Positions 18,840 to 28,759 of a DNA stretch of 32,000 nt are shown here, in pieces. Numbering within the stretch: the stretch's first letter is position 1; every line of letters starts with the position of its first letter. Source of the stretch: Synechocystis sp. PCC 6803 substr. PCC-P (GTDB lineage: Bacteria > Cyanobacteriota > Cyanobacteriia > Cyanobacteriales > Microcystaceae); NCBI RefSeq assembly GCF_000284455.1, contig NC_017039.1, positions 2,160,001 to 2,192,000 of the forward strand. The letters run 5' to 3'. Under the pieces are notes generated by a model. It was not told the DNA's origin and made no database searches. It saw nothing but the letters and a program-made list of their open reading frames with translations. The position numbers were made by a program, and so were the translations under genes.

Positions 18840-19802
18840 ATGATGGAAAATCAAGTTAATGAGCAAACAGTAACTTCCCCAGAAAATGGATCCTCAGCCA
18901 CCGGCTACAACTCCGGGATCTGGGATGGGCTGTCGGTGGTGGCCTTAATCGGTGGGGCGATCGCCAGTGTGGTCTTGCCTGCTAACCCAGCGGCGGGGGT
19001 AATTCCAGTAGCAGCAGGGGTGGGACTGCATTTGTTTAACCGTAAGCAGTTGGAAGAGCATTTACTGGCTAATCAACGGGCCACAGCGGCTCAAATTGTC
19101 CAGTTGGTCAATCAAAATCAAGCCCACCTACAGGAGTATCTACAAAAATTCCAAGGAGATATTCAAACTTCCCTTGGCCAACAACAACAGGCGATCGCCG
19201 CGAACCAAGAAAATTTGACCAAGGCTTTGGCAGAAAAATCCCTAGCTCTCCAAGGGAAGTTGGAAGCTTTCCAAGCCGCTGCTGCCCAAACCCATGCCGG
19301 TTTGGATATTAAACACCAAGACCTGCTGGCCGTGGTGACCGAATTACGCACCATGGAAGGTTGCACCCAGAGTCTTGCCGCCTATCCCCACGCCGAAGCC
19401 TATTACCAAAGGGGTTTAAGCCATTACCGTTTAGAAGATTGGGCCGAAGCCGTGCGGGATTGTACGGAAGCCATCCGCCTTAGGGGGGATTTGGCCGGCG
19501 CTTTTCACCATCGAGGCATGGCCTACGCTCGTTTGGATAACCGCAAGCAGGCTACAGACGATCTGCGTCAGGCCTACAAGCTCTATTTTGACCAGGGGGA
19601 TTTGGACAGTTATGAAGTCGCCCGAGCGCTCCATAAGCAGTACTATGAAGGGCCAGTGGAAGACCTAGAGCTAGAGCCGACCCCGGTAATGCCCCCGGCG
19701 GAGGGAGTTGGCCATGAGGCCTATATTGCCGATCCAGACCGGGAAATTAAACCCCTGTTGGCCGAAGAAAGCGATACCACCGCAGCTAACCTATTTGGTT
19801 AA
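18840..19802 (+). CDS. TPR-containing, probably membrane-associated protein (slr0151-like)
   Basis: 320 aa; N-terminal hydrophobic VVALIGGAIASVVLPANPAAGVIPVAAGVGLHLF, then TPR units (AEAYYQRGLSHYRLEDWAEAVRDCTEAIRLRGDLAGAFHHRGMAYARLDNRKQATDDLRQAYKL). Confidence 0.87.
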   Translation: MMENQVNEQTVTSPENGSSATGYNSGIWDGLSVVALIGGAIASVVLPANPAAGVIPVAAGVGLHLFNRKQLEEHLLANQRATAAQIVQLVNQNQAHLQEYLQKFQGDIQTSLGQQQQAIAANQENLTKALAEKSLALQGKLEAFQAAAAQTHAGLDIKHQDLLAVVTELRTMEGCTQSLAAYPHAEAYYQRGLSHYRLEDWAEAVRDCTEAIRLRGDLAGAFHHRGMAYARLDNRKQATDDLRQAYKLYFDQGDLDSYEVARALHKQYYEGPVEDLELEPTPVMPPAEGVGHEAYIADPDREIKPLLAEESDTTAANLFG

Positions 19803-19889
19803 AACTCCAGTTTTAGCCCCCCGGCCAAGACTTTCTCTATTGCCTCCCAGACAACAACAACAGTAATAATCGCCTAGGACAAAGGTAAG

Positions 19890-21785
19890 ATGGAATCACT
19901 CCCCGTCCTAGGCGTATTTTTTATGGTAAAGACTGCCAATGTGGCGGTTATGCCGCTGTTTCCCCGCTCCCAATATAGAATCATTGGACAGATCGGACAG
20001 GGACAGTTCGGGCGGGTTTACTGTGCTATTCACCGGACTACGGGCAAAATGTATGCCCTGAAGGATTTAGAACATCGGGTATTTCCCACTAATAAATTTC
20101 TGCGGGAACTGTCCTATCTGTTGACCCTGCGCCATCCCAACATTGTGGCTTGCCATGGTTTGGAGTACCATCCTGGGGGCCGCTATTTGGTGATGGATTA
20201 CTGTGAGGGGGGAACTCTGCGGGACATTATTGATGGGGACGGAGATTTATGTTTGGCGGGAAAAATAGATTTATTAAGACAAATATTGCTGGGTTTGGCC
20301 CAAGCCCATCAGCATGACATTGTCCACTGTGACCTTAAACCGGAAAATATCCTGTTAATACCCCGGGCAGAGGGATGGCAGGTAAAAGTATCAGATTTTG
20401 GCATTGCTCGCCTAACAGCTAAAACGGGCAATCCTAATTTCAGCAAGGGTTACACTGGTTCTCCCGCCTATATGGCCCCGGAACGGTTCTACGGCAAGTT
20501 TTCTGTAGCTTCCGACATTTATGCTGTGGGTATTTTGCTGTACGAGCTCATCGTCGGCGATCGCCCGTTTTCAGGATTTCCTAAAGCGTTGCAGGCAGCC
20601 CATCTCAATGTCCGCTTAACCTTACCGCCGGAATTTCCTCCCTTACTTGCCCCCATTGTCCAACGGGCTTTGGAGAAATTACCCCAAAGACGATTTCCCA
20701 ATGCCACAGCCATGGCCAGTGATTTGGCCACGGTTCAAAAACAAATATTGGAACAGGATCCCCCCAGGGGTAACGGCTATCTTTACCATCACTTGGCTCC
20801 AGCTCCGCTAGCCTTTACGGCCACAGTCAAACACAGTACTCCCTTGTTATTTCCCATTAGTCACCTAACTGGGGCAGGACTTTGGTTATACCTAGGCAAT
20901 GGGGCCGAACTGTACCTATGGGAGTATGGCGATGGAAATGTGGAGCACCATCCTTTGCCCCGCTGGGCGTTGGGTTTACCGGGAACCATAGCTAATCTGG
21001 AAGTAAATCAAGACCAAATTAGCCTCTTAATCCAGGGAGGTGAACCAGGAGAATGGCAATTTTACCAGTGGCGAGAAACCCTACTTGGCGCTCTCTCTCT
21101 CCCCAAACCTCGCATTAATTTGCGGGCAGAGCGTCTGTTGGCCAATCTAAGCCCCGGTGGTAAAACTTTGGCAGTGGTAGTAGGCGATCGGGACAGTGAA
21201 AAAGGCCATTTTCAATTATGGCGCACTGACCACAGCTTACCTGTGGCTGCAGCCGTAGTAATTCGATGGCCGGATCAACTGCTCACCCTAGACCAAAACC
21301 ATGGCCTGTTGGTGCAGTCTCAATCAACGGCAAGTTATTGTCATACTATTTTTTTCCTGTTTAATCGGCGGGGGTCCCTGTTTCCAGCCTTTCGCCTTTC
21401 TTTTTTGGTATTTCAATTGGTAGTTAATCGCTACTCCCGCAACCATCTGTTTGGCTTGGCCGATAATGCTCCCTACACTGGTATTTTGATTCGTCTGCAA
21501 CCCCTGAAAGTCAATCGCATTGCCCTAACTATCCAGCCCCAATTCATTGAGCCTTTTCCCTGGGGTTATCTACTAGCCGATCGCCATGGGGAAGTAGCTT
21601 TGTTGGACTATGAAGGTTTTTTATTTGGCAATTTTTCCCTCGGGGAAACCATCACGGCGATCGCCCCCATGGGTCGCTATCTCTGTTTATTTGCTACCTG
21701 GCAGGGCAATGGGGGAACTTTACGTCTTCTGGATTTGGGTCCCCAAGTGGAAAACATTATTCGCCAACGCCAGGAAAAACGCTAA
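19890..21785 (+). CDS. spkG: Hanks-type Ser/Thr protein kinase with a long C-terminal region (slr0152-like)
   Basis: GQGQFGRV glycine loop, YALKDLE, HCDLKPENILL, DFGIARL, GSPAYMAPE. Internal ATG at 19923 is an alternative start. Confidence 0.9.
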   Translation: MESLPVLGVFFMVKTANVAVMPLFPRSQYRIIGQIGQGQFGRVYCAIHRTTGKMYALKDLEHRVFPTNKFLRELSYLLTLRHPNIVACHGLEYHPGGRYLVMDYCEGGTLRDIIDGDGDLCLAGKIDLLRQILLGLAQAHQHDIVHCDLKPENILLIPRAEGWQVKVSDFGIARLTAKTGNPNFSKGYTGSPAYMAPERFYGKFSVASDIYAVGILLYELIVGDRPFSGFPKALQAAHLNVRLTLPPEFPPLLAPIVQRALEKLPQRRFPNATAMASDLATVQKQILEQDPPRGNGYLYHHLAPAPLAFTATVKHSTPLLFPISHLTGAGLWLYLGNGAELYLWEYGDGNVEHHPLPRWALGLPGTIANLEVNQDQISLLIQGGEPGEWQFYQWRETLLGALSLPKPRINLRAERLLANLSPGGKTLAVVVGDRDSEKGHFQLWRTDHSLPVAAAVVIRWPDQLLTLDQNHGLLVQSQSTASYCHTIFFLFNRRGSLFPAFRLSFLVFQLVVNRYSRNHLFGLADNAPYTGILIRLQPLKVNRIALTIQPQFIEPFPWGYLLADRHGEVALLDYEGFLFGNFSLGETITAIAPMGRYLCLFATWQGNGGTLRLLDLGPQVENIIRQRQEKR

Positions 21786-21856
21786 AACCACAGACTGTAA
21801 GATTGGATTTCTGGCTAGTCATGGTGGAATTTTTAGAATAAAAATTGACAAAATCC

Positions 21857-23497
21857 CTAAAAGTCTAGGTCAACTCCCAAAGATAAGCGCAGGGTGCCCA
21901 ATCCCAACTCCTGGGGAGTGAGGAAACGGGTTTCAAAATAGCCCAACATATGGCGTAGTTCCGGCCTACCTTTGGATTGTCCCGTTACCCCCATGGCAAT
22001 TAAAACCGCACAATAACCCTTGGTATCGCGACAGCGACGCTCCCAATTTTTTTTCGCCTGGCGGTGGGCCGGGGCATCAAGGAGAAATTCTCCAAAGAGA
22101 AACAATTTATCCTGGCCGGTTTTGAGGATACCCAAGTCATACCTAGTTTCCGTCCAGCAGTCTCGCCCCGCATTAAAACCCAGTCCGGCGATTTCTCCCT
22201 CTTGCTGTAACCGGCGAATTAAATCTTTGGCCTTAGGACGGCTAGTTTGGATCATCAACACTGGCATGCCATCCCCCTTTTGCCGAAATTCACTGGCTTG
22301 GTAATGAACCATCGGGGAGGAACGGAGACTATGCACTAAGTCCCAGGGCACCATACCCAAACTCATATACGAATTATCGGGAATTAAATCATCTTCCAAC
22401 AGATCATCATCGTCTTCTTCCTCTTCCTCATCAAAACCCAATTGCCCCAAAAACTCCGCCGTTAGCTCCGGTTGGGTGGAAAGCTGCACCAATAGCTGTT
22501 CCTTGGTGTTCTTGGGCTTGAGGGGATGTTTGACCTTCACTTCTTTGGTAATTAGCTCGACATTTTCCGCTTCAAAATCGCCGTGGTGGGCTTTGACAAA
22601 ATGGGCCAATCCTTCCAGGGCACAGTAAATCGCTAAGGCCTCCTCTTCGTCGATAAACGGACGAATGCCTTCTAGGGGATGGATACTGCCGAAAATGGCT
22701 GTGGCCTGGTTATCTTGGCTAGCTGGGAAAAATGGCGGGTTTGCCCTCGGCAGGGTTTCTCCCTGGTCTCCGGCTTCGTAGTTAATGAACCAACAGTCCT
22801 GGGAGAGAAAAACCTGTTCTAGGCATTGGTTATCGTCCTCACCCATGGCCATTGCCCGAAAGGTTTTCAGGGATTCCAGGGAACGGTAGAGGATGATGCC
22901 ATATTCTTCCCCCAACATTCCCATCACACAGGCGTAGAGGGGGGGCACTCCCTCCAGGGTGGGAATTTGGATAGCGATAATGTCTAGGTCGGTCAACACC
23001 TCCCAGGGGGATAAATGCCAAATTTCCCGGGCTAACTTTTTAAGGGGGACATCGAATGCTGGAGGAATGGGAGCCGGGCGATGATCGTCAATGGTGTCAA
23101 AGGTGCGAAAGAGTTCGTCAATGAGGGGAAGCTGGGCTTGGTATTCCACATTAATATTCAGGCCCTGGAGAATTCCCCGCAGTAAAAACTGTAGCTCCCG
23201 GTTGCGGACAACAATTTTTTGGGGCCGACAGGGGGGCGCTGGCGATCGGGGCATCTCCATGGCCCGGATCAGAGTACGGACTACGGTTTCCATGCCTGAA
23301 GTTTCAGGAATCACATCCATGGAACGCACCAGCCCCTCAGTGCCATCCACCCAGAGAATGCATTCCCCTGCTTCCCCATCTTCCCTTTCCCCCAAGGATC
23401 CCCCCTGAAACGGGCGGCGATCGCCTTCCCAGACACTCGGAATCTGTGGTAGTTGCTGCAACCGATGCTGGGTGGACGAGGGCAAGGAAGATGTCAT
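21857..23497 (-). CDS. Conserved cyanobacterial protein of unknown function with an acidic stretch (sll0149-like)
   Basis: The ORF track extends to 23611; the Met at 23497 (MTSSLPSSTQHRLQQLPQIPSVWEGDRRPF) is a more natural start. Contains LGFDEEEEEDDDDLLEDDLI. Confidence 0.75.
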   Translation of the reverse strand: MTSSLPSSTQHRLQQLPQIPSVWEGDRRPFQGGSLGEREDGEAGECILWVDGTEGLVRSMDVIPETSGMETVVRTLIRAMEMPRSPAPPCRPQKIVVRNRELQFLLRGILQGLNINVEYQAQLPLIDELFRTFDTIDDHRPAPIPPAFDVPLKKLAREIWHLSPWEVLTDLDIIAIQIPTLEGVPPLYACVMGMLGEEYGIILYRSLESLKTFRAMAMGEDDNQCLEQVFLSQDCWFINYEAGDQGETLPRANPPFFPASQDNQATAIFGSIHPLEGIRPFIDEEEALAIYCALEGLAHFVKAHHGDFEAENVELITKEVKVKHPLKPKNTKEQLLVQLSTQPELTAEFLGQLGFDEEEEEDDDDLLEDDLIPDNSYMSLGMVPWDLVHSLRSSPMVHYQASEFRQKGDGMPVLMIQTSRPKAKDLIRRLQQEGEIAGLGFNAGRDCWTETRYDLGILKTGQDKLFLFGEFLLDAPAHRQAKKNWERRCRDTKGYCAVLIAMGVTGQSKGRPELRHMLGYFETRFLTPQELGLGTLRLSLGVDLDF

Positions 23498-23696
23498 AGA
23501 TGAACAATGGACAGACAAAAATATGTAGCACAGTGGCTGGGTTGGGGCATTTTCAGCGGAAAAAGCAATGCCTAGAGTTAATGACCGCACCAAGGTCCAT
23601 GGCATACCCATAATCAGACCCCGCTGGTCAAGGGAAGCTCCACCAACCCTGAAACGTCTAATATCCTAACAAGGAATCCCTAGATTGCGGGCTTTT

Positions 23697-25910
23697 CTAA
23701 ATGACTTGATACATAATGGGCAGACTTAACCAATCGGCGGTGGATAGTAAAATCATATCGTCAGGGACTGGGGCCACCGTCACCCCATGGGCGGTTAGGT
23801 CTTGGACCAGGGCTAGTACCACAGGGAGCAAATTTTTCAATGGCAGCACCCGGGGGGGATGGCTTTCTAGGCTGGGGGGATCGATGGAATTGTTGCCGGT
23901 GATTTGTTGTCCTAGGGCTGTGGCAGTGCCGGCCAGGGGAAAACGGGAAAGAATTAAAAACCAATGGGCGATCGCCTTGTCTCCACCAATAATCCAGAGG
24001 GGATCTTCTGGGCTAGGCCAGGTCAGTTGTTCTTTGCCCTGTAGTAACTTTAGGTCTGGACGGAGAATGGCCGCCACACTCAGACCGCGATTATTCACCC
24101 CAATCAAACAACCGTAGAGGGTTTCATTGCTAAAGTTTTCCAATTCACACTGTAAAGCTTGGTTGGTGGCCACGGCGGGCAGGAAGCTGGGGGGAGCATT
24201 GGGTATGCCATTGCCCCCATTGCCGGGGTTGTTGTCCTGGGGAGGATAGGGGTAACGGGTTGATCGCCATTGGTAAATTAGGCGGGGCAGGGGATTATCG
24301 CCGCTGGTTTGTTGCACCAGTTTGATGCCGGCCCCCAGTTGGGTGCTATTGCCATTGGCCAGTAAGGTCAGCCATTTCAAGGCCAGCAAACGGTTCAAGC
24401 AGGGGTCTAGGGCACCAATGACAGTTTTCACCGCCCCGCTGGACTCAGACTTAGTCAGGGGTTGCAAAGGGTTTCCCCCCTCGGTAAAGAGGCTATAGCG
24501 ATGGGCTTCCAGTCTGCCAAACACACAGTCTGCACTACCTTCCCCGGCATTAATCACTGTTTCCACGGCGGCGATCGCCCCAAAGGCACTGGTGGCATCC
24601 ACCCGCTCAATGCGTTCCAGGTCATGGGCTAGGGCCACTGTTAAAGCGAGGTTTTTAGGGATAGCTCGGTATATTTCCCGCAGGGCACTGCCCACCAGCA
24701 TTTCCTTTTTGCTTTCCCCGCCATTGGCTTCCGTTGAGGATGTCGCTGACTCGGCCTTGGTCGATGAAGTTTTGGTGATCGCCGTTAATGTGGCGCTTTG
24801 TCCTTTAACACTTTGCACTTGCCAGAGGGAATTATCCGTGGAGTTAAGATCGCTCCCCGTCTCCGTAGCTGGAAAAGTTAAATAACAGGAATGCACCAAA
24901 GCCCGCTTTTGCACCAGGGGAGCCAGGGCCACAATTTGACTTTGTAGGGAATTGCCACTGATTAAGCCAGTTACCATTCCCTCTCCTCCCGTGGTTAGGG
25001 TGGTGGGAGCGAGGAAATCAGGGGAATTATTTGGCGATCGCCATTGGGGAATTTGTTCTGTCCCTAGGCGGGGAACCAGTAAATTGCGGCTATGGTCCCA
25101 CAGACTGGCCATCACACTGGTGGAGCTATTTTCCCAAAGACTTTGGGTGAGGGCCAAAGTGAATAGTCCCGCTGACTGCTTGCCCAGTTGAACTTCCACC
25201 GCAGTTTGCCCAGGGCTAGTGGCACTAATTAGGGTGATATTGCCCAAACTTGCTTTGGTTGGGGGATTGCTGGGGTTAACTTCTGGGGGGATTGGCCCAC
25301 CCCGACCGCCACTACGACCCCGGAGATTGCCCTCAAACTCCTCCACCCCAGTGCTAAAACCACAGTCGAGCACAAGATAGACCTGCTTAGTTTTGAGAGA
25401 TTGCAACCAATTGATTAGGGTAGTGAGGGGTAGAAAGTTATCCTCTCCTTCCCCGTCTAGAAATAGTCCCAAATGGGGTAGAGCCTGCTCCCAGGTCGGG
25501 TTGGGGGTCATGGCTGCTGGTGGGTTATAACTGCCATAACCACTAAAGGCCACCACCACTGGGTCGCCTTTCTGCACCTGTTGCCGTAGATGCTCATCAA
25601 ATAAAATTTCCAGGGCTGACAGGGTAATACCTTGGGGGTCTAACCCGGCAATCTTGGCTTGATCAAAACCGTAACGCCCCGTTAAAACTTCCCCCAGCAA
25701 TTGCCTATCGGTGGTGCATCCCATCAATCCCCGGCGATCGCCATTGGCTCCATTACCTTGCCCCGCCGCCAACAGTAGGGCCCACTTTTGATTGGTGTTG
25801 GATGCGAGGGATTGGCCCATATTTCTGCCGGACCATGCCCAGGCCCAGGAACCAAGGCCCAGGGCCATGCCGCTACGTAAAAATGTCCGTCGGTCAAAGG
25901 TCATTGTCAA
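23697..25910 (-). CDS. Caspase-fold (peptidase C14-like) protein with Tat-like signal; likely pseudo-orthocaspase (sll0148-like)
   Basis: 737 aa; N-terminus TFDRRTFLRSGMALGLGSWAWA, then WALLLAAGQGN, VVVAFSGYGSYN and VYLVLDCGFSTG at caspase-fold motif positions. Confidence 0.82.
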   Translation of the reverse strand: MTMTFDRRTFLRSGMALGLGSWAWAWSGRNMGQSLASNTNQKWALLLAAGQGNGANGDRRGLMGCTTDRQLLGEVLTGRYGFDQAKIAGLDPQGITLSALEILFDEHLRQQVQKGDPVVVAFSGYGSYNPPAAMTPNPTWEQALPHLGLFLDGEGEDNFLPLTTLINWLQSLKTKQVYLVLDCGFSTGVEEFEGNLRGRSGGRGGPIPPEVNPSNPPTKASLGNITLISATSPGQTAVEVQLGKQSAGLFTLALTQSLWENSSTSVMASLWDHSRNLLVPRLGTEQIPQWRSPNNSPDFLAPTTLTTGGEGMVTGLISGNSLQSQIVALAPLVQKRALVHSCYLTFPATETGSDLNSTDNSLWQVQSVKGQSATLTAITKTSSTKAESATSSTEANGGESKKEMLVGSALREIYRAIPKNLALTVALAHDLERIERVDATSAFGAIAAVETVINAGEGSADCVFGRLEAHRYSLFTEGGNPLQPLTKSESSGAVKTVIGALDPCLNRLLALKWLTLLANGNSTQLGAGIKLVQQTSGDNPLPRLIYQWRSTRYPYPPQDNNPGNGGNGIPNAPPSFLPAVATNQALQCELENFSNETLYGCLIGVNNRGLSVAAILRPDLKLLQGKEQLTWPSPEDPLWIIGGDKAIAHWFLILSRFPLAGTATALGQQITGNNSIDPPSLESHPPRVLPLKNLLPVVLALVQDLTAHGVTVAPVPDDMILLSTADWLSLPIMYQVI

Positions 25911-26056
25911 TTCAACTCTCTAAGGCGATCGCCATGGGCCTAGCTTAGCGTTTTGAGAACTTTGGTGCTGGACACATTCCCATAATCAGATTAACAGCAA
26001 TGTTTGCATTGGTGAATGTGCCGGAGCAAATATTTTTTTCTTAATGTCGCCCTAAT

Positions 26057-28063
26057 TTACTTGGATTGTTGAGCTAATTTTGGTTGAATTTGATAACCGA
26101 AACACAACAAAGAAAACCATAGTTGGGGAGAAAGCTTTTCCAACCAATTGCGGGAATTAATTAGCCACTGGGGATACCAAAAGCGGAATAGGGCATTGAG
26201 TAAAGCTTGACGGGAAAAATCAAAATAAACTAACAGCCATTTTAGTAGATCCTCGGTGCCAGCCATCTGCCAAATCCAAAACAATAGTTGGGGATTTTTG
26301 CTAGCAGCCTTAAGAGCTAAGCGAGAAAATAATAGCCAAGTAGTGCGGTCTTTAATGAAAGTTTCCGCCACCGTTGGGGCCGAGTCTGCCAATAGACCAA
26401 AGAAAGTATTGAGCATGGCATTAACCTGTTGGGGCGGCAATTGTTTCCCCGTCGGCACCATCATTCCCTTGGAAAACATCCAAGTCACAGCAATATTACT
26501 TTGGTAGGCCCGAATTTGATTTAATTGCTTTGCTTGGAGCAGGTCATACTGCAAAGCTGTGTGCAACAAGTCCGTTAATTTGGCTAGATTCCGTACTAGA
26601 GAGCCAAACCCAGTGAACACCAAAGGAGATTGGAGAGAAGCGGCATCCCCGATCGCCATTAATCGGTCTAGGGCAATGGTACGGTCTTGGGCGCTGGTGC
26701 TAAAGTGACCAGGAATATAACCGAAGGTAGCTTTTTTCCAAGTTAACTTTTCCAGATTACAGCGACGATACTCCGGCAAAATGCTGAAAAAGTCTTCGTA
26801 CATTTCCAACAAAGAACCAGGATTTTCCCGATTAACTTGATGGTAATGGAAAAGATAAATGGTCATTTCGTCCCCTGCTCCGGGGAACAATTCCCAAATT
26901 AACTGCCTACCCCGGGAAATATCTCCATGGGAATTGAGCACATCACCATAAGCATTATCCCAAACCACCGGATCTAGGCCTTCCACCACGGCCCCCACCG
27001 TGGGACAAACACTGTTAAAAGTTTTACCGCCATTTAATTGCCAAGCAATGGGAGAAGCGGTACCCATGGCATCTACTAACAATCTGGCTTGGGCTAATTT
27101 TGTTTGATTATTTTCCAAATTAATGCAATGGACTACCACTTTGTTCGGATCAATAGTGGCGTTAATAAATTCAGTTTCATCCCAAATAATTCCCCCTGCT
27201 TGCTGGAGTTTATGTCCACAGATAGCCAAGAATTTAGCCGAATCTAGGGCAATGTTTAATACAGTGGGAGTGTGGAGCACATTAGCTTTAAGATGGGGCG
27301 GATTATAGGCATCAAAAAACTTATTAAACCCGTCTCGATATTCCCGGGCAATGACGCTTTCAAATTCCTCTGGGGTGAATAAATTTAAGTCAATTAACCG
27401 CTGAAATTCATCCCGGGAAATATTCCATTCCCGATTCATTCGGCCGAAGGGCAATCGTTCAATGAGCAGTACCCGATAACCCAACCGGGCCATCACCGCC
27501 GCATGGACTGAACCCAGAGCCCCGCCCAGGTAAATTAGGTCAAACTCAGGGGTTGCAGGGGCGATCGCCGTTACCGTGGAGGTTTGACTGACCACCTGCC
27601 TAGGGGTTTGGGGATTCGCTACATTGTCCCGCCACCGTTGTTCCCACCAGTAAACGCGCTTGAGGTCATATTCTCCTTGGGGAAATTTTTGGAAGAATTT
27701 AACCGTTTCAGGATATCGATCTTGTAACGCCTGGAAAATATTTTGCCGATCCAGATCGATCGCCGGTGGGACCGGATAGGTGGGAGGAAATTTTTGCCCT
27801 AATGCCCGCCTTAATTCCTTGGCGATCGCCGTTTCTTGGGGGAAGCTAGTGTCACCCCAACGCACACACTTAAGATAGGTAGTTCTTTGTAGAGACCACA
27901 CAAAAATGGATAGTTCACTGCTTTGGCCGGAGGAACCCCGCAACCGTAAACCTTGCTCCGTAGGCAACTTTTGCCCCACTAAGGGCGACCAATTTCCCTG
28001 AAGCCAAGCGACAACTTCAGCGGTGGCAGGGGTGGGGACTTCACAGTAGAGCAGTTCACGCAT
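26057..28063 (-). CDS. cruA: CruA-type lycopene cyclase / FAD-dependent oxidoreductase (sll0147-like)
   Basis: 668 aa; FDLIYLGGALGSVHAAVMARLGYRVLLIERLPFGRMNREWNISRDEFQ, plus a C-terminal GDAASLQSPLVFTGFGSL flavoprotein motif. Confidence 0.83.
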   Translation of the reverse strand: MRELLYCEVPTPATAEVVAWLQGNWSPLVGQKLPTEQGLRLRGSSGQSSELSIFVWSLQRTTYLKCVRWGDTSFPQETAIAKELRRALGQKFPPTYPVPPAIDLDRQNIFQALQDRYPETVKFFQKFPQGEYDLKRVYWWEQRWRDNVANPQTPRQVVSQTSTVTAIAPATPEFDLIYLGGALGSVHAAVMARLGYRVLLIERLPFGRMNREWNISRDEFQRLIDLNLFTPEEFESVIAREYRDGFNKFFDAYNPPHLKANVLHTPTVLNIALDSAKFLAICGHKLQQAGGIIWDETEFINATIDPNKVVVHCINLENNQTKLAQARLLVDAMGTASPIAWQLNGGKTFNSVCPTVGAVVEGLDPVVWDNAYGDVLNSHGDISRGRQLIWELFPGAGDEMTIYLFHYHQVNRENPGSLLEMYEDFFSILPEYRRCNLEKLTWKKATFGYIPGHFSTSAQDRTIALDRLMAIGDAASLQSPLVFTGFGSLVRNLAKLTDLLHTALQYDLLQAKQLNQIRAYQSNIAVTWMFSKGMMVPTGKQLPPQQVNAMLNTFFGLLADSAPTVAETFIKDRTTWLLFSRLALKAASKNPQLLFWIWQMAGTEDLLKWLLVYFDFSRQALLNALFRFWYPQWLINSRNWLEKLSPQLWFSLLCFGYQIQPKLAQQSK

Positions 28064-28759
28064 GGGTTGGAAATGGACTTAAAAGTCGTGGCCGGCGGAT
28101 TGCCAAAGCACAAAAAATGTGTAGGAAAAAAGCAAAATGTATCTGGCTTGTATTTATGGTATCAACCAATGGGCAACTGGTTGAGTATTTGTCGGACAAA
28201 AAACTAAGTTTGCCTATAGATTAAACCCTAGGCTTGACAAAATTGCCACTGAAATCATATGAGATTTACAAGTTTTTTTGATGATTTAATAATTTAATCG
28301 CCCAGATTTAATTAATTAAAAGCAAGCCTAAATCTTGTCATTAATTTATTGGAAAAACCTGTGGTGTTAGGGAATTAGTCAGCACGGTAAGCCGGGAAAA
28401 TTTTAATAAATGAAAGCTTCTTAATGGCTGGGGTGTATAAATCACCGCCATCCAGGGCTTTAATAAATTAAAATAGCATAATGACTGAATTATTAACCTC
28501 ATATTATTAAGTATGTTTTTCCAGCCACTTCTTTGATTCCAGCAGAGATATTTTTGTATATTCTGATAAGCTATCTTCTTAGTCTGTTTTGATTGACTTT
28601 AAGGAATCACTCTGCGGGGATAAATTTTCTATCTAAAGACTTACCGTTAAATACACGCTCATCACTATTTCCTCCCATTTTTCTATTCTCGAATAGCCCA
28701 TCATTCTAAAATCTGCCCACCCCAATTCATTCTTTAAGGGAATTTGAACAAAGTTGCCC

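Noticed and set aside
19796-19818. Possible small terminator hairpin GGTTAAAAC-TCCA-GTTTTAGCC at the slr0151-like stop
   Set aside because: Short stem with a G-T pair and no following T-run; too weak to call.
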